A stretch of DNA of 64,000 nt, from assembly GCA_021794275.1 (NCBI GenBank), contig JAJYRD010000010.1:76085-140084 (forward strand), in the 5' to 3' direction. A program made the translations under genes and the position numbers. Below the pieces are notes generated by a model. That model worked only from the letters and a program-made list of their open reading frames with translations, did no database searches and was not told where the DNA came from. Origin of the DNA: Pseudomonadota bacterium (GTDB taxonomy: Bacteria > Pseudomonadota > Gammaproteobacteria > Acidiferrobacterales > Acidiferrobacteraceae). This document shows, piece by piece, positions 48,676-57,638 of the stretch (the stretch's first letter is position 1; every line of letters starts with the position of its first letter).

Positions 48676-50400
48676 ATGGCAACAGTCAATCCGATGGCAA
48701 ATGGCGGCGTACTTCTGACCGGGCTTGCGGCGCGCCTCGTCCGCGACCAATTATTGACGCCAGCCGAAGCGGAGCGCCTAAACGCGGAATCGCTCACCAG
48801 CAAGGTCTCCTTCGTTACGCGCCTGGTGGAGAGCAAGAAGCTCGACGCCCTGACCGTTGCCAAGACCGCCTCCGAGGAATTCGGCATCCCCCTGCTCGAC
48901 ATCAACGCCTTCGACAACGAAACCTTCCCGATCAAGCTGGTTGACGCCAAACTCATCAGGCGCCACCGCGTCCTGCCAATCTTCAAGCGCGGTAACCGGC
49001 TGTTCGTGGCGGTGGCCGACCCGACCAATCTGGCGGCCCTCGATGAAATCAAATTCAATACCGGGCTGCTCCCAGAGCCCCTGCTGGTCGAAGAAGGCAA
49101 GCTCGGGAACATCATAGATCGTAACCTCACCGAGCAAGACGGGTCGCTCGCCGACATGGCGACGAGCGAGAGCCTGGAAAACATCAACGTCGGCGGTGAC
49201 GCGGAGCCTAGCACCGAGGAAGCCGAGAGCGACGTCAACGACAAACCGATCGTCCGCTTCGTCAACAAGATCCTACTCGATGCCATTAACCGTGGCGCCT
49301 CGGACATCCATATCGAGCCCTACGAACGGATTTACCGCGTGCGCTTCCGTACCGACGGCGTCCTCCAGGAGGTCGCATCCCCACCGATCGCGCTGGCAGC
49401 GCGCATCGCAGCACGCGTCAAGATCCTGGCGCGGCTCGACATCTCCGAACGCCGCGTCCCACAGGACGGGCGGATGAAGATCCGCGTATCGAAGACTCGC
49501 GCGATCGATTTCCGTGTCAGCACCCTGCCCACGCTCTTTGGTGAAAAGGTCGTGCTGCGCCTCCTCGATCCGGCATCGGCGTCACTGGGCGTTGACAAGC
49601 TCGGCTTCGAGCCAGACCAGAAGGCGATCTATCTCGAGGCGATCGAGCGCCCCTACGGCATGGTTCTCGTCACGGGGCCTACCGGAAGCGGTAAGACTGT
49701 CACCCTATACACCGCGCTCAACATCCTGAATACCACGGACCGCAATATCTCCACCGCAGAGGATCCGGTCGAAATTAACCTTGCCGGCATCAATCAGGTC
49801 AACATCAACGAGCGCGCGAAACTTACCTTCGCTACCGCGCTACGCGCCTTTCTGCGCCAGGACCCGGACATCATCATGGTCGGCGAGATCCGTGACCTGG
49901 AAACGGCCGAGATCGCCATCAAGGCCGCACAGACCGGTCACATGGTCATCTCCACCCTGCACACGAACGATGCGCCACAGACCCTGGGACGGCTCGTCAA
50001 TATGGGCGTCCCGCCCTTTAATATCGCCTCGGCGGTCAACCTCATCATCGCCCAGCGCCTAGCCCGCCGTTTGTGCATGCACTGCCGCAAACCCCTGAAC
50101 CTGCCGGAGACTGCCTTGCGTCAGGCGGGTTTCCATGAGGCCGACATCCCGGGCCTCAAGATCTACGGCCCGGTCGGATGCGATCAATGCAACGGGGGCT
50201 ATAAGGGCCGGGTGGGCATCTACCAGGTCATGCCGGTGAGCCCGACGATCGGGCAGATCATCATGAACGGCGGCAACCCGACCGATATCGCCGAACAGGC
50301 TCAAAAAGAGGGGATTTCCGACCTCCGCCAATCGGGCCTGAGAAAAGTACGGGAGGGCATAACGAGTCTCGAGGAAGTGGAACGCGTGACGAACGAATAG
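48676..50400 (+). CDS. pilB: Type IV pilus assembly ATPase PilB
   Basis: Collinear with P. aeruginosa PilB from memory. Walker A GPTGSGKT and a tetracysteine motif (CMHC...CDQC). Confidence 0.9.
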   Translation: MATVNPMANGGVLLTGLAARLVRDQLLTPAEAERLNAESLTSKVSFVTRLVESKKLDALTVAKTASEEFGIPLLDINAFDNETFPIKLVDAKLIRRHRVLPIFKRGNRLFVAVADPTNLAALDEIKFNTGLLPEPLLVEEGKLGNIIDRNLTEQDGSLADMATSESLENINVGGDAEPSTEEAESDVNDKPIVRFVNKILLDAINRGASDIHIEPYERIYRVRFRTDGVLQEVASPPIALAARIAARVKILARLDISERRVPQDGRMKIRVSKTRAIDFRVSTLPTLFGEKVVLRLLDPASASLGVDKLGFEPDQKAIYLEAIERPYGMVLVTGPTGSGKTVTLYTALNILNTTDRNISTAEDPVEINLAGINQVNINERAKLTFATALRAFLRQDPDIIMVGEIRDLETAEIAIKAAQTGHMVISTLHTNDAPQTLGRLVNMGVPPFNIASAVNLIIAQRLARRLCMHCRKPLNLPETALRQAGFHEADIPGLKIYGPVGCDQCNGGYKGRVGIYQVMPVSPTIGQIIMNGGNPTDIAEQAQKEGISDLRQSGLRKVREGITSLEEVERVTNE

Positions 50401-50541
50401 CGGCCGCAAGGGACCAGCCCCTCGACCATATCGCGCACCTGGGGCTAGCAAGCGCTTCTCACCGGCGACAAGAACTCTATAGGGTCTGTCGCCATCCCCC
50501 ATAGATCGTCGGCAACGACCGAGACCTTCGGAAAAATTACA

Positions 50542-51408
50542 ATGAACCCAACCGCCTTCGCGTCCGATCCCGTCGCCGCCTACTTGTTCGTGGCGACCAT
50601 GGGCGCTGTGACCGGAAGCTTCCTTAGCATGCTCGTCTACCGCCTGCCGATCATCCTGAAACGCCAGTGGGACCGGGATTGCCGGGAGGCGCTTGCCCTT
50701 CCTCCACCCGAAAAGGCCGAGACCTTCAATATCGCGTGGCCCGCGTCCCATTGCCCAAAATGCCAAGCGCCCCTTAAAATCCGCGACAACATCCCGCTCT
50801 TTGGCTTTCTGCTGCTGCGCGGCCGATGCCGCCATTGCGCTGCGCCGATTCCGCGGCAATATTTCCTGATCGAGGCCCTGACGACACTCGCCGCCATCGT
50901 GTCGGTCGCCCATTTCGGGCTTACGCCCCGTGGCGCAGCGGCCTTTCTGCTTAGCGCGGCGCTGATCGCGCTCACCTTCATCGACATGCGCGAACAGATC
51001 CTGCCGGACGTGATCACCCTCCCGTTTCTATGGCTTGGCCTACTCCTGAACAGGGGCGACCTGTACGCATCCCTGGGCTCGGCGGTCCTGGGGGCCGCTT
51101 TGGCCTACCTCTTCCTATGGCTCGTGTTCCATGCCTTCCGATTGGCCACCGGCAAGGAGGGCATGGGTCACGGAGACTTCAAGTTGTTCGCGCTCGCAGG
51201 GGCGTGGCTCGGCTGGCAGCTGCTGCCTCTCATCCTGCTGTTCGCGTCACTGGCCGGCGCCCTCTACGGCGGCGCGCTCATTCTGACGCGACGGCTGACC
51301 CGCGCAACACCCATGCCCTTCGGCCCGTTCCTGTGCGCGGCGACCTGGCTTGCCCTGTTCTATGGCTGGCCACTCATGGCCCTCTATCTTCGCAGCGCGC
51401 ATGGCTAG
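50542..51408 (+). CDS. pilD: Prepilin peptidase / N-methyltransferase PilD (A24 family)
   Basis: CPKC...CRHC zinc motif, multi-TM, ..GMGHGDFKL.. catalytic Asp region. Confidence 0.9.
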   Translation: MNPTAFASDPVAAYLFVATMGAVTGSFLSMLVYRLPIILKRQWDRDCREALALPPPEKAETFNIAWPASHCPKCQAPLKIRDNIPLFGFLLLRGRCRHCAAPIPRQYFLIEALTTLAAIVSVAHFGLTPRGAAAFLLSAALIALTFIDMREQILPDVITLPFLWLGLLLNRGDLYASLGSAVLGAALAYLFLWLVFHAFRLATGKEGMGHGDFKLFALAGAWLGWQLLPLILLFASLAGALYGGALILTRRLTRATPMPFGPFLCAATWLALFYGWPLMALYLRSAHG

Positions 51409-52000
51409 CTATCGCGTGGCACTGACCGGCGGGGCGGGCGCCGGCAAGTCGGCGGCCGCCCAGGTATTCGCCGAATGCGGCGCGTTTGTGGTCGACGCCG
51501 ATCAGATCGCCCATGAACTCATGGAGCCGGGACAAGCCGCCTGCAATGCCATCATCGCTGCCTTCGGCAGCGGCATCGCCGATAGCGAGGGACGCATACT
51601 GCGCCCCAAGCTGCGCGAACGGGTATTTGCCGACAGCGCGGCCCGCAAGACACTCGAAGGCATCCTACATCCGCCGATCCACGAACTCATGAAGCGGCGG
51701 TCCGAGGGCGCCCAACCCTACGCCATTCTCGTCATCCCCCTGCTCGCCGAGACCGGACGCCCGGCCCACGTCGATCGTGTGCTTGTCCTCGAGACCGACC
51801 CGACCCACCAGCGGCGCCGCCTGCGGGAGCGGGGGCTCGATGCTGACGCCATCGAGCGGCTGCTCGCCATCCAGGCTATACCTGCCGCCCGGCGCGCCTA
51901 TGCCGACGATATCGTCGTGAATGATGGATCGCGCGAGGCCCTCGCGGACGATGTTCGCGCACTCCACAACCGCTATCTCGCTCTCGCAAATCTCCGCTGA
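51401..52000 (+). CDS. coaE: Dephospho-CoA kinase
   Basis: VALTGGAGAGKS P-loop. The ATG at 51401 overlaps the pilD end. Confidence 0.88.
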   Translation: MASYRVALTGGAGAGKSAAAQVFAECGAFVVDADQIAHELMEPGQAACNAIIAAFGSGIADSEGRILRPKLRERVFADSAARKTLEGILHPPIHELMKRRSEGAQPYAILVIPLLAETGRPAHVDRVLVLETDPTHQRRRLRERGLDADAIERLLAIQAIPAARRAYADDIVVNDGSREALADDVRALHNRYLALANLR

Positions 52001-52042
52001 GACGGGGCTGCGGGGCCCTCCCGAATGCCACGTCGCTGGTCG

Positions 52043-53623
52043 CTAGACATTCCGGTAGGGCGCCGCCGGAAGCGAATAGCGTTTGAGCTTCTGATGAACG
52101 GCGCGCCGCGTGATACCCATCTCTCGCGCCATGGCCGTCACGTTTCCATGGTGGCGCTCGAGGGCATCCTGAAGCACGCGGGTCTCTATGCTCTGCATGG
52201 CCCGGCGTTTGGCAACACGCAGGACGGCACGACCCCCTGACCCCTCCCGATCACCGGCGTCATGCGACTCGTCACGTAACCCAACGTCATCGATCAGAGA
52301 TCCCGGCGTAAACAGGAAGGCGCGCTCCAGGACATTTTCGAGCTCGCGGACATTGCCTGGCCAAGGATAGGCCATGACCTGCGCCCAAGCCCTGCCGCTC
52401 AGGGCCTTGCCCGGGCTTTCATGGCGTAGCGCCAGGGCCGCGAGCAGGTGGTGGACGAGGCCAGTCACGTCTTCCGGGCGCTCCCGCAACGGGGGAACGC
52501 TTATGGGCACGACGTTCAGCCGGTAATAGAGATCGCTGCGGAAAAACCCTGCGGCGACCAGGGACGCCACGGGTCTGTTCGCGGCGGCGACGACCCGGAC
52601 ATCGACCTGCCGCGCCTCGCGGCCCCCCACCCGCTCGAACTCGCCCTCCTGCAAGACGCGCAGCAGCTTGGCCTGCGCGAGGAGCGGCAGGCTGTCGATC
52701 TCATCCAGAAACAAGGTTCCTTGATGGGCGCGCTCGAAGAGTCCGTGGTGCATATTCTGGGCGCCCGTGAAGGCCCCCTTTTCGTGACCGAAGAGCGTAG
52801 TCTCTATCAACTCCTGGGGTACAGCGCCGCAGTTGACTGCCAGAAAGGGGCGCGCAGCGCGCGGACTCAAGGCGTGCAGGGCGCGCGCTATGATCTCCTT
52901 GCCGACTCCGGTCTCGCCACTGATAAGCACGCTTGAGCGGGTGGGCGCCACCAGTTCCACGGCTTTCAGTATCTCGCGCATGGAGCGCGACTCGGCCACG
53001 ATCACCGGCGCCTTACGGGGGCGCCCCGCAGGCCCAGTCGGACACAAAGCCCGCGCCATCCGCTCGGCGACGCGTACACTTATGTCTCTCAGGGCCTGGT
53101 GCGAAACCACCTCCTTGCCCTCACTCACATACTCGTCGCCGGCCTGACCCTCGGCCACTTTTCGATCCGTGTAAATGCAAACCTCGCAGCCTTCGTCTCG
53201 CAGCGCGATGCGCTTTTTCAGCTCGACCTTCGCATAACCGAAATTGCGGGCGGCGATGCCTCCGAAGACCGATGCGGTGGTGCGGCAAAGCTCCGGGGCG
53301 TCCTGCACGCGCGCACCAAACGGACAGCGGAGGTTTTCCACACGAACGACCCCCGGGGGCGCGGAAACGGCCCGAAATTCACCGCCGATCGCGTTCTTTA
53401 TGTGCACGATGAGCCGCCCGTATTCTTCGTGATCGAGTCTTTCCGGAAGATCGAGATGTTGGCGCGCATGGAGTTCGAGGCAGCTGCTCGCGGTAAGCCC
53501 CAGATACTCGATGGCATCGACGGATCGGCCGCCGACCTGCCCCGAGAGCTTGACGGTTTGCGTCACAAACATCTGCAGAAACGACAGCGGGCTCAGGTCC
53601 GCGAGCGGGTCTTTGGTGGTCAT
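52043..53623 (-). CDS. Sigma-54-dependent transcriptional activator with an N-terminal V4R-like Cys-rich sensor domain
   Basis: Walker A GETGVGKE, GAFTGA loop (EKGAFTGA), C-terminal Fis-type HTH. The N-terminal domain has CPF...C...GCEVC, typical of V4R. No receiver domain. Confidence 0.85.
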   Translation of the reverse strand: MTTKDPLADLSPLSFLQMFVTQTVKLSGQVGGRSVDAIEYLGLTASSCLELHARQHLDLPERLDHEEYGRLIVHIKNAIGGEFRAVSAPPGVVRVENLRCPFGARVQDAPELCRTTASVFGGIAARNFGYAKVELKKRIALRDEGCEVCIYTDRKVAEGQAGDEYVSEGKEVVSHQALRDISVRVAERMARALCPTGPAGRPRKAPVIVAESRSMREILKAVELVAPTRSSVLISGETGVGKEIIARALHALSPRAARPFLAVNCGAVPQELIETTLFGHEKGAFTGAQNMHHGLFERAHQGTLFLDEIDSLPLLAQAKLLRVLQEGEFERVGGREARQVDVRVVAAANRPVASLVAAGFFRSDLYYRLNVVPISVPPLRERPEDVTGLVHHLLAALALRHESPGKALSGRAWAQVMAYPWPGNVRELENVLERAFLFTPGSLIDDVGLRDESHDAGDREGSGGRAVLRVAKRRAMQSIETRVLQDALERHHGNVTAMAREMGITRRAVHQKLKRYSLPAAPYRNV

Positions 53624-53731
53624 AAGCGGGTCCTCGGGGCTGGAGGCTCGACCCGCGCATCCGGCGGTGCCGCGCCATAGAGGAGGCATCAGACCAAGTA
53701 TAAGGGGTTCTGTGCACGGACCCCAATCTAC

Positions 53732-53968
53732 CTAGCGATGACCGCACGGTCCCCGGCATGCCGGGCACGGCGTCGCCGGGCGTTCGAGCGATCGCATCGC
53801 CGCCTCGCGGCCCCGGGTCATGGTCCCATGAACGGCGGGCGCGACCGTCAGGACCGGGCGCAAGGGACCCGCGCAACGCGGGCAACTGGGCCTTTGCGCG
53901 CAGATGGCGTGACGTACAGTGAGACCCCGGTCGCATGCGGGACAACGATAATCGTAGGTTGGCGCCAT
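53732..53968 (-). CDS. FmdB-family zinc-ribbon protein
   Basis: MAPTYDYRCPAC...CPRC start typical of the FmdB/CxxC_CxxC_SSSS family, with a further CPAC near the C-terminus. GGAGG RBS. Confidence 0.6.
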   Translation of the reverse strand: MAPTYDYRCPACDRGLTVRHAICAQRPSCPRCAGPLRPVLTVAPAVHGTMTRGREAAMRSLERPATPCPACRGPCGHR

Positions 53969-54033
53969 AGGGCCTCCAAGACAGGGTGGAAGGGATGGCG
54001 GGCGCCTGGATGGATGCGCCCGCCCGCCCAGCA

Positions 54034-54687
54034 TCAGGCCCAGCGCCCCGGCTGGTGGCCCGCGACCCCGAAGTCCGTGCTCGTGACATCGGTGCCCTCG
54101 CGTCCAGCCTTGTCGCGCCGCGGGGCGCGCAGGCGACGCGTCTCCACCTCCCAAATCCACCCACTGATCGTCACATCCTTGGGGATGAGGGGGTGGGCGC
54201 GAAAGGCCTCGACCGTCTTTAAGCACGTCACATCAACATCGTCCATCATACCGATCCACTTGGCGAATGCCCCCTTTGCCAAGGTGAGTTCCGGCAAGGT
54301 TGGATCCAATGTCAACTTATCGGGATCCACGCCCCGCTCCCGCAGGGTCTTCTCGAGGTCTTTGGCGTTGGCCGAAAGCATCCCGCATTGCGTGTGCTGC
54401 ACGATCACGATCTCGCGCGTACCAAAGAACTGGCATGTCAGCATGGCCGAACGGATGGCGTCGTCGGTCACAATCCCGCCCGCATTGCGAAAACAATGCG
54501 CGTCGCCACCGCCGACCGGGCTGTCGACATGGATACCAAGCGCCTCGTCCACAGGCAGGCGCTCATCCATACAGGCCAGAACCCACAGCCTGCGATTGTT
54601 CGGACCGTCGGCCCCGTAACGCCGCCGTTTGGCCCATTTGTCGTAGACGGCGGCGCGCGCCGCCAATTCGTCTTTTAGTGTCGCCAT
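54034..54687 (-). CDS. Clade-D beta-class carbonic anhydrase-like protein (family that includes COS and CS2 hydrolases)
   Basis: Zn-ligand motifs CMDERL and HTQCGM, and ..GDAHCFRNAGGIVTDDAIRS.. like Rv1284-type beta-CAs. Start placed at the second ATG (54687) because GAGGAG abuts the first ATG (54696). Confidence 0.75.
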   Translation of the reverse strand: MATLKDELAARAAVYDKWAKRRRYGADGPNNRRLWVLACMDERLPVDEALGIHVDSPVGGGDAHCFRNAGGIVTDDAIRSAMLTCQFFGTREIVIVQHTQCGMLSANAKDLEKTLRERGVDPDKLTLDPTLPELTLAKGAFAKWIGMMDDVDVTCLKTVEAFRAHPLIPKDVTISGWIWEVETRRLRAPRRDKAGREGTDVTSTDFGVAGHQPGRWA

Positions 54688-54760
54688 GGATGCCATCTCC
54701 TCTGCGTTGAATGATAAGCGCCAAACCCCTGCCGCAATGCGGCGCTCGACCCCACCTAAG

Positions 54761-54777
54761 GGGCAAGGACCATGCCG
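54761..54777 (-). promoter_or_regulatory. Sigma-54 (-24/-12) promoter upstream of the beta-CA-like gene
   Basis: The minus strand reads CGGCATGGTCCTTGCCC: GG-N10-GC with GGCA and TTGC cores versus the consensus TGGCAC-N5-TTGC. It lies about 75 nt upstream of the ATG. Confidence 0.5.
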
Positions 54778-54810
54778 ATTCCGATATCCTGGGAATTCAA
54801 ACTGTTACCA

Positions 54811-54915
54811 CACCATGGTGGGAACCCACGCTACTCACGGTTGCGGACAGGGGACCTGTTCGCGGCCACCTCAGGCAGGGATTTACGGTGGGAAGCACAG
54901 ATTCTCGGTGGGAAC
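54811..54915. repeat. Three GGTGGGAA direct repeats plus two short palindromes upstream of the sigma-54 promoter (candidate activator sites)
   Basis: GGTGGGAA at 54817, 54887 and 54907. CACCATGGTG palindrome at 54811-54820. ACAGG-gga-CCTGT at 54847-54859. Confidence 0.3.
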
Positions 54916-55079
54916 GCAAATATCACCCCGCGCCACGCCGATGCGTTTAGTCACCAAGCCCGTCGGCACATTGGTGACCAAGCCTAGGTCGTGGTCAGGG
55001 GCGGCGTGGCCCAGTAGACTCACCCAACATCGAGCACGCCGGGGCGTGCCCCTTTCAAGACCCTCGCGAGGAGTGTGAT

Positions 55080-55616
55080 TTGGCGACGCGAAGCGAAATA
55101 GACGAGGCGGGACGCCTGCGGCCCGAGGGCGAGCCCTCGATCCGACTTCTGGCCGAGAACGAGCTTGCGATAATGATGCCGCTCATCGAGACCCTGAATC
55201 CCGACATACCACCGGCCGTGCTCGCCCAGCGGCTTGCCGAGATACGGGAGAACGACTATCGCTGCGCAGGAGCGTTCGTGGATGACCGTTGCGTGGGTGT
55301 GGCCGGCATGTGGTTCGGGACGCGTTTTTGGTGTGGACGCTACGTCGACATCGACAATGTCGTGGTCGATCCCTCATGGCGCGGCCATGGGATCGGACAG
55401 GCGCTGCTCGACTGGGTGGAGGACTACGCCCGTCGGCAAGGCTGCGAGAAGGCGGTGCTCGACGCCTACGTCACCAACGACCGGGCGCACGCCTTCTACA
55501 TGCGCCGCGGCTACCGGATCATAGGCTTCCATTTCGACAAGGATTTGAAGGGGCCGGAAGACCATGCAGGGCCCGACCGCGAGACCTCCTGCAGCGCGGC
55601 TAGTCGCTCGCGGTGA
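55080..55616 (+). CDS. GNAT family N-acetyltransferase
   Basis: ..VVVDPSWRGHGIGQALL.. and ..AHAFYMRRGY.. motifs. TTG start with a GAGGAG RBS 6 nt upstream. Confidence 0.7.
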   Translation: MATRSEIDEAGRLRPEGEPSIRLLAENELAIMMPLIETLNPDIPPAVLAQRLAEIRENDYRCAGAFVDDRCVGVAGMWFGTRFWCGRYVDIDNVVVDPSWRGHGIGQALLDWVEDYARRQGCEKAVLDAYVTNDRAHAFYMRRGYRIIGFHFDKDLKGPEDHAGPDRETSCSAASRSR

Positions 55617-56022
55617 CCGGGCGGCGACGGTCCTTGGCGAGCCCGCGGGCGCGCTTGTCGTCGAGCCTGCGGCGACGCGAGGCGAGAGTCGGGTGGGTCG
55701 CAATGCGCCGTTCCGGAACCTCGAGCGCCCGCTGTATCCAATGGACCAGGCGTTTACGGGCCTCGCGCCGATTGCACTCGCGGGTGCGATGGGTATGGGC
55801 ATGGATCACGAGATAGCCCTCGCGCGTGATACGCCCGCGCGCCAATAGCAACAGGCGGTCGCGCGCGCCCGGGGGCAGGGACGGGGAACGCGCCACATGG
55901 AAACGCAGCTGCACGGCCGTGGCGACCTTGTTCACGTTCTGTCCGCCGGGACCCGGGGAGCGCACGAAGCGCTCCTCGATCTCATCCTCGGAAAGTGACA
56001 GATGCGGTGTGACGGGAATCAT
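55600..56022 (-). CDS. arfB: Alternative ribosome-rescue factor ArfB (YaeJ)
   Basis: GGQ motif SPGPGGQNVNKV and a basic C-terminal tail. Start at MIPVTP. Confidence 0.85.
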   Translation of the reverse strand: MIPVTPHLSLSEDEIEERFVRSPGPGGQNVNKVATAVQLRFHVARSPSLPPGARDRLLLLARGRITREGYLVIHAHTHRTRECNRREARKRLVHWIQRALEVPERRIATHPTLASRRRRLDDKRARGLAKDRRRPVTASD

Positions 56023-56279
56023 GGCGTGACGATACGCGCAGACCCCCGCCCCTTCAAGGATCGTCGCTTGGGCAGAGGTGTGCGGGCCCCCCATCGGCGG
56101 TCGCATCAAAGCGCCATCAAGCCGCACGGGGCCTCCAGTGCCCCGACACGGATTCGTTCGCGACAAACTTGCGGCCCCCGACGCGGGGCCGGTTTTATTG
56201 CTTTCGCTCCGGCACCTCCCTGATCATTGAGTTCGAAGTTCATTCCAACAGAAAAGGGCGTTGCCCCATGCCGACGATC

Positions 56280-57434
56280 AGCGCGTTCTACCCAGAAAGC
56301 GTCGCACCGCTCCGCCTGGTAGCGCGCAGCGGTTCAGGGGGTGGTGACCGGCCAAGCGGGCGGCAATGAGCGGCGCTATCGCCCAGCGGGCGATCATTCG
56401 GGACATTGGCTGGATGTACCTCGTTCGTCGCCAATGAAGCTCACGATGCGGTCTTGTTCGGCTTTCTGCTGCAAGTAATCGATGTCCCGGCCGTACTCCC
56501 ACTGGCTCATGCGTTGATTGTGATGACGCCCGGAGTTCTTGCGACGGACGCCATCGGGGTTACCGACGAACACGGCCTCGACGGCGCGCGCCTTACAGAA
56601 GTCGATCACCTGACGGGTCCCCTTGTGGCGTAGATCCCGGACGCGGCGCTCGGCGCGCAGAGTCAATTTTGCGCGCGTACGGCCCAGTTTCCGCCAGCGC
56701 CGCGAGCCTTTGGTGCAACGGGCGCTTTCTTCTGGAGGGTGCCGAGTTGTTTGCTGTGCTGGCGCTTCAGAGAGCGGATCCCGCGTCCGGAGACCACCAA
56801 GGCCTCGCCGATATTGGTGGCCACCGCCGCTTGATGGATCTGGCCGAGATCGACCGTCGCATGGCGACTAGTCGCCTCGAGACTCGCGGGGTTCATGGGC
56901 AAGGTATCGGGCTCGGACAGCGTCACATGGAGTTCGTTATGGACACCGTTCCAGACGATCCGGCAAGCGGCCTTCTCCGTCAGCCAGTCGGGCCGCGGCA
57001 ACACCAGCGAAGCGCGCCCGCGGTCCATGGGTAGCACCAAGCGCTTGTCCTCCAGCCCCATGGCCTGCGCGGGCCACAGCAACGGATAGAAGGTCTTGTC
57101 CTTATAGGGATAGCGCATCTTGGACAGGCCTTGGGTGCGCAGCTGTTGCTGCGGTGTCCACATGGGCCAAAAAGGCGTGCGTCACCATCTGTACGGACTG
57201 GGAGTGCAGGGCGAACTGCCCTTTGGTGGCTTTTTGCAGGGCATCGCGCTTCGGCCATGGCTTATGGTCCTGCCGCGCCGCCTAGTGGAGATCGCGGCAC
57301 AAAGTCCACACCCGCGCCACCTCTTGCTGGCCCGCACGAATGATCATCTGCTGGCGACGCGAGAGGCTTTTGAGAGAGAGGATGCGGACACGTTCCATCA
57401 CAGAAATACTATACCAACATTTGAGCGCTTTCAT
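56280..57434 (-). pseudogene. tnpB: IS200/IS605-family tnpB, frameshifted (at least 3 frame changes) with a degraded zinc-finger end
   Basis: N-terminus ..VRILSLKSLSRRQQ..EVARVWTLC.. (57282-57434). Middle in ORF 56663-57163 (..HATVDLGQIHQAAVA.. RuvC-I). C-terminal ORF 56394-56666 (..SQWEYGRDIDYLQQKAEQDRI..TSSQCPE then stop). An imperfect hairpin TCCCAATCCCC-ttgaa-GGGGATGGGA at 57434-57459 lies just 5' of the ATG (possible left-end structure). Confidence 0.8.
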
Positions 57435-57638
57435 CCCAATCCCCTTGAAGGGGATGGGAATTCCCGCGCCGTTCTTTAAGGGGAAGAGCCGCCGGTTTGA
57501 GACGGTGTGGCGTCCTCGTTGCCTAGCCTGTAACCGCGCGCACACCCCGTTGTCCTGATCCGCCCCAAGCGGGGTGAGCCGCAGGAGTAGCGTGGCTCCC
57601 TCCCCCGCCAGCGCAACCGGCACGGCGTCAGAGCGGCC

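Noticed and set aside
52025-52240. 71-aa plus-strand ORF after coaE, where yacG often lies
   Set aside because: It has no zinc-finger cysteines and is antisense to the HTH-coding end of the sigma-54 activator gene.
54817-54915. Three GGTGGGAA repeats as a mini CRISPR array or iteron array
   Set aside because: There are only three 8-bp copies with irregular spacing (70 and 20 bp). Their position upstream of a sigma-54 promoter makes regulator binding sites the simpler reading, and even that has low confidence.
56171-56200. Hairpin CGGCCCC-cgacgc-GGGGCCG followed by GTTTTATT, terminator-like on the plus strand
   Set aside because: No plus-strand gene ends nearby. It lies between arfB and the tnpB relic and may be an IS right-end structure. 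The evidence is insufficient to annotate it either way.
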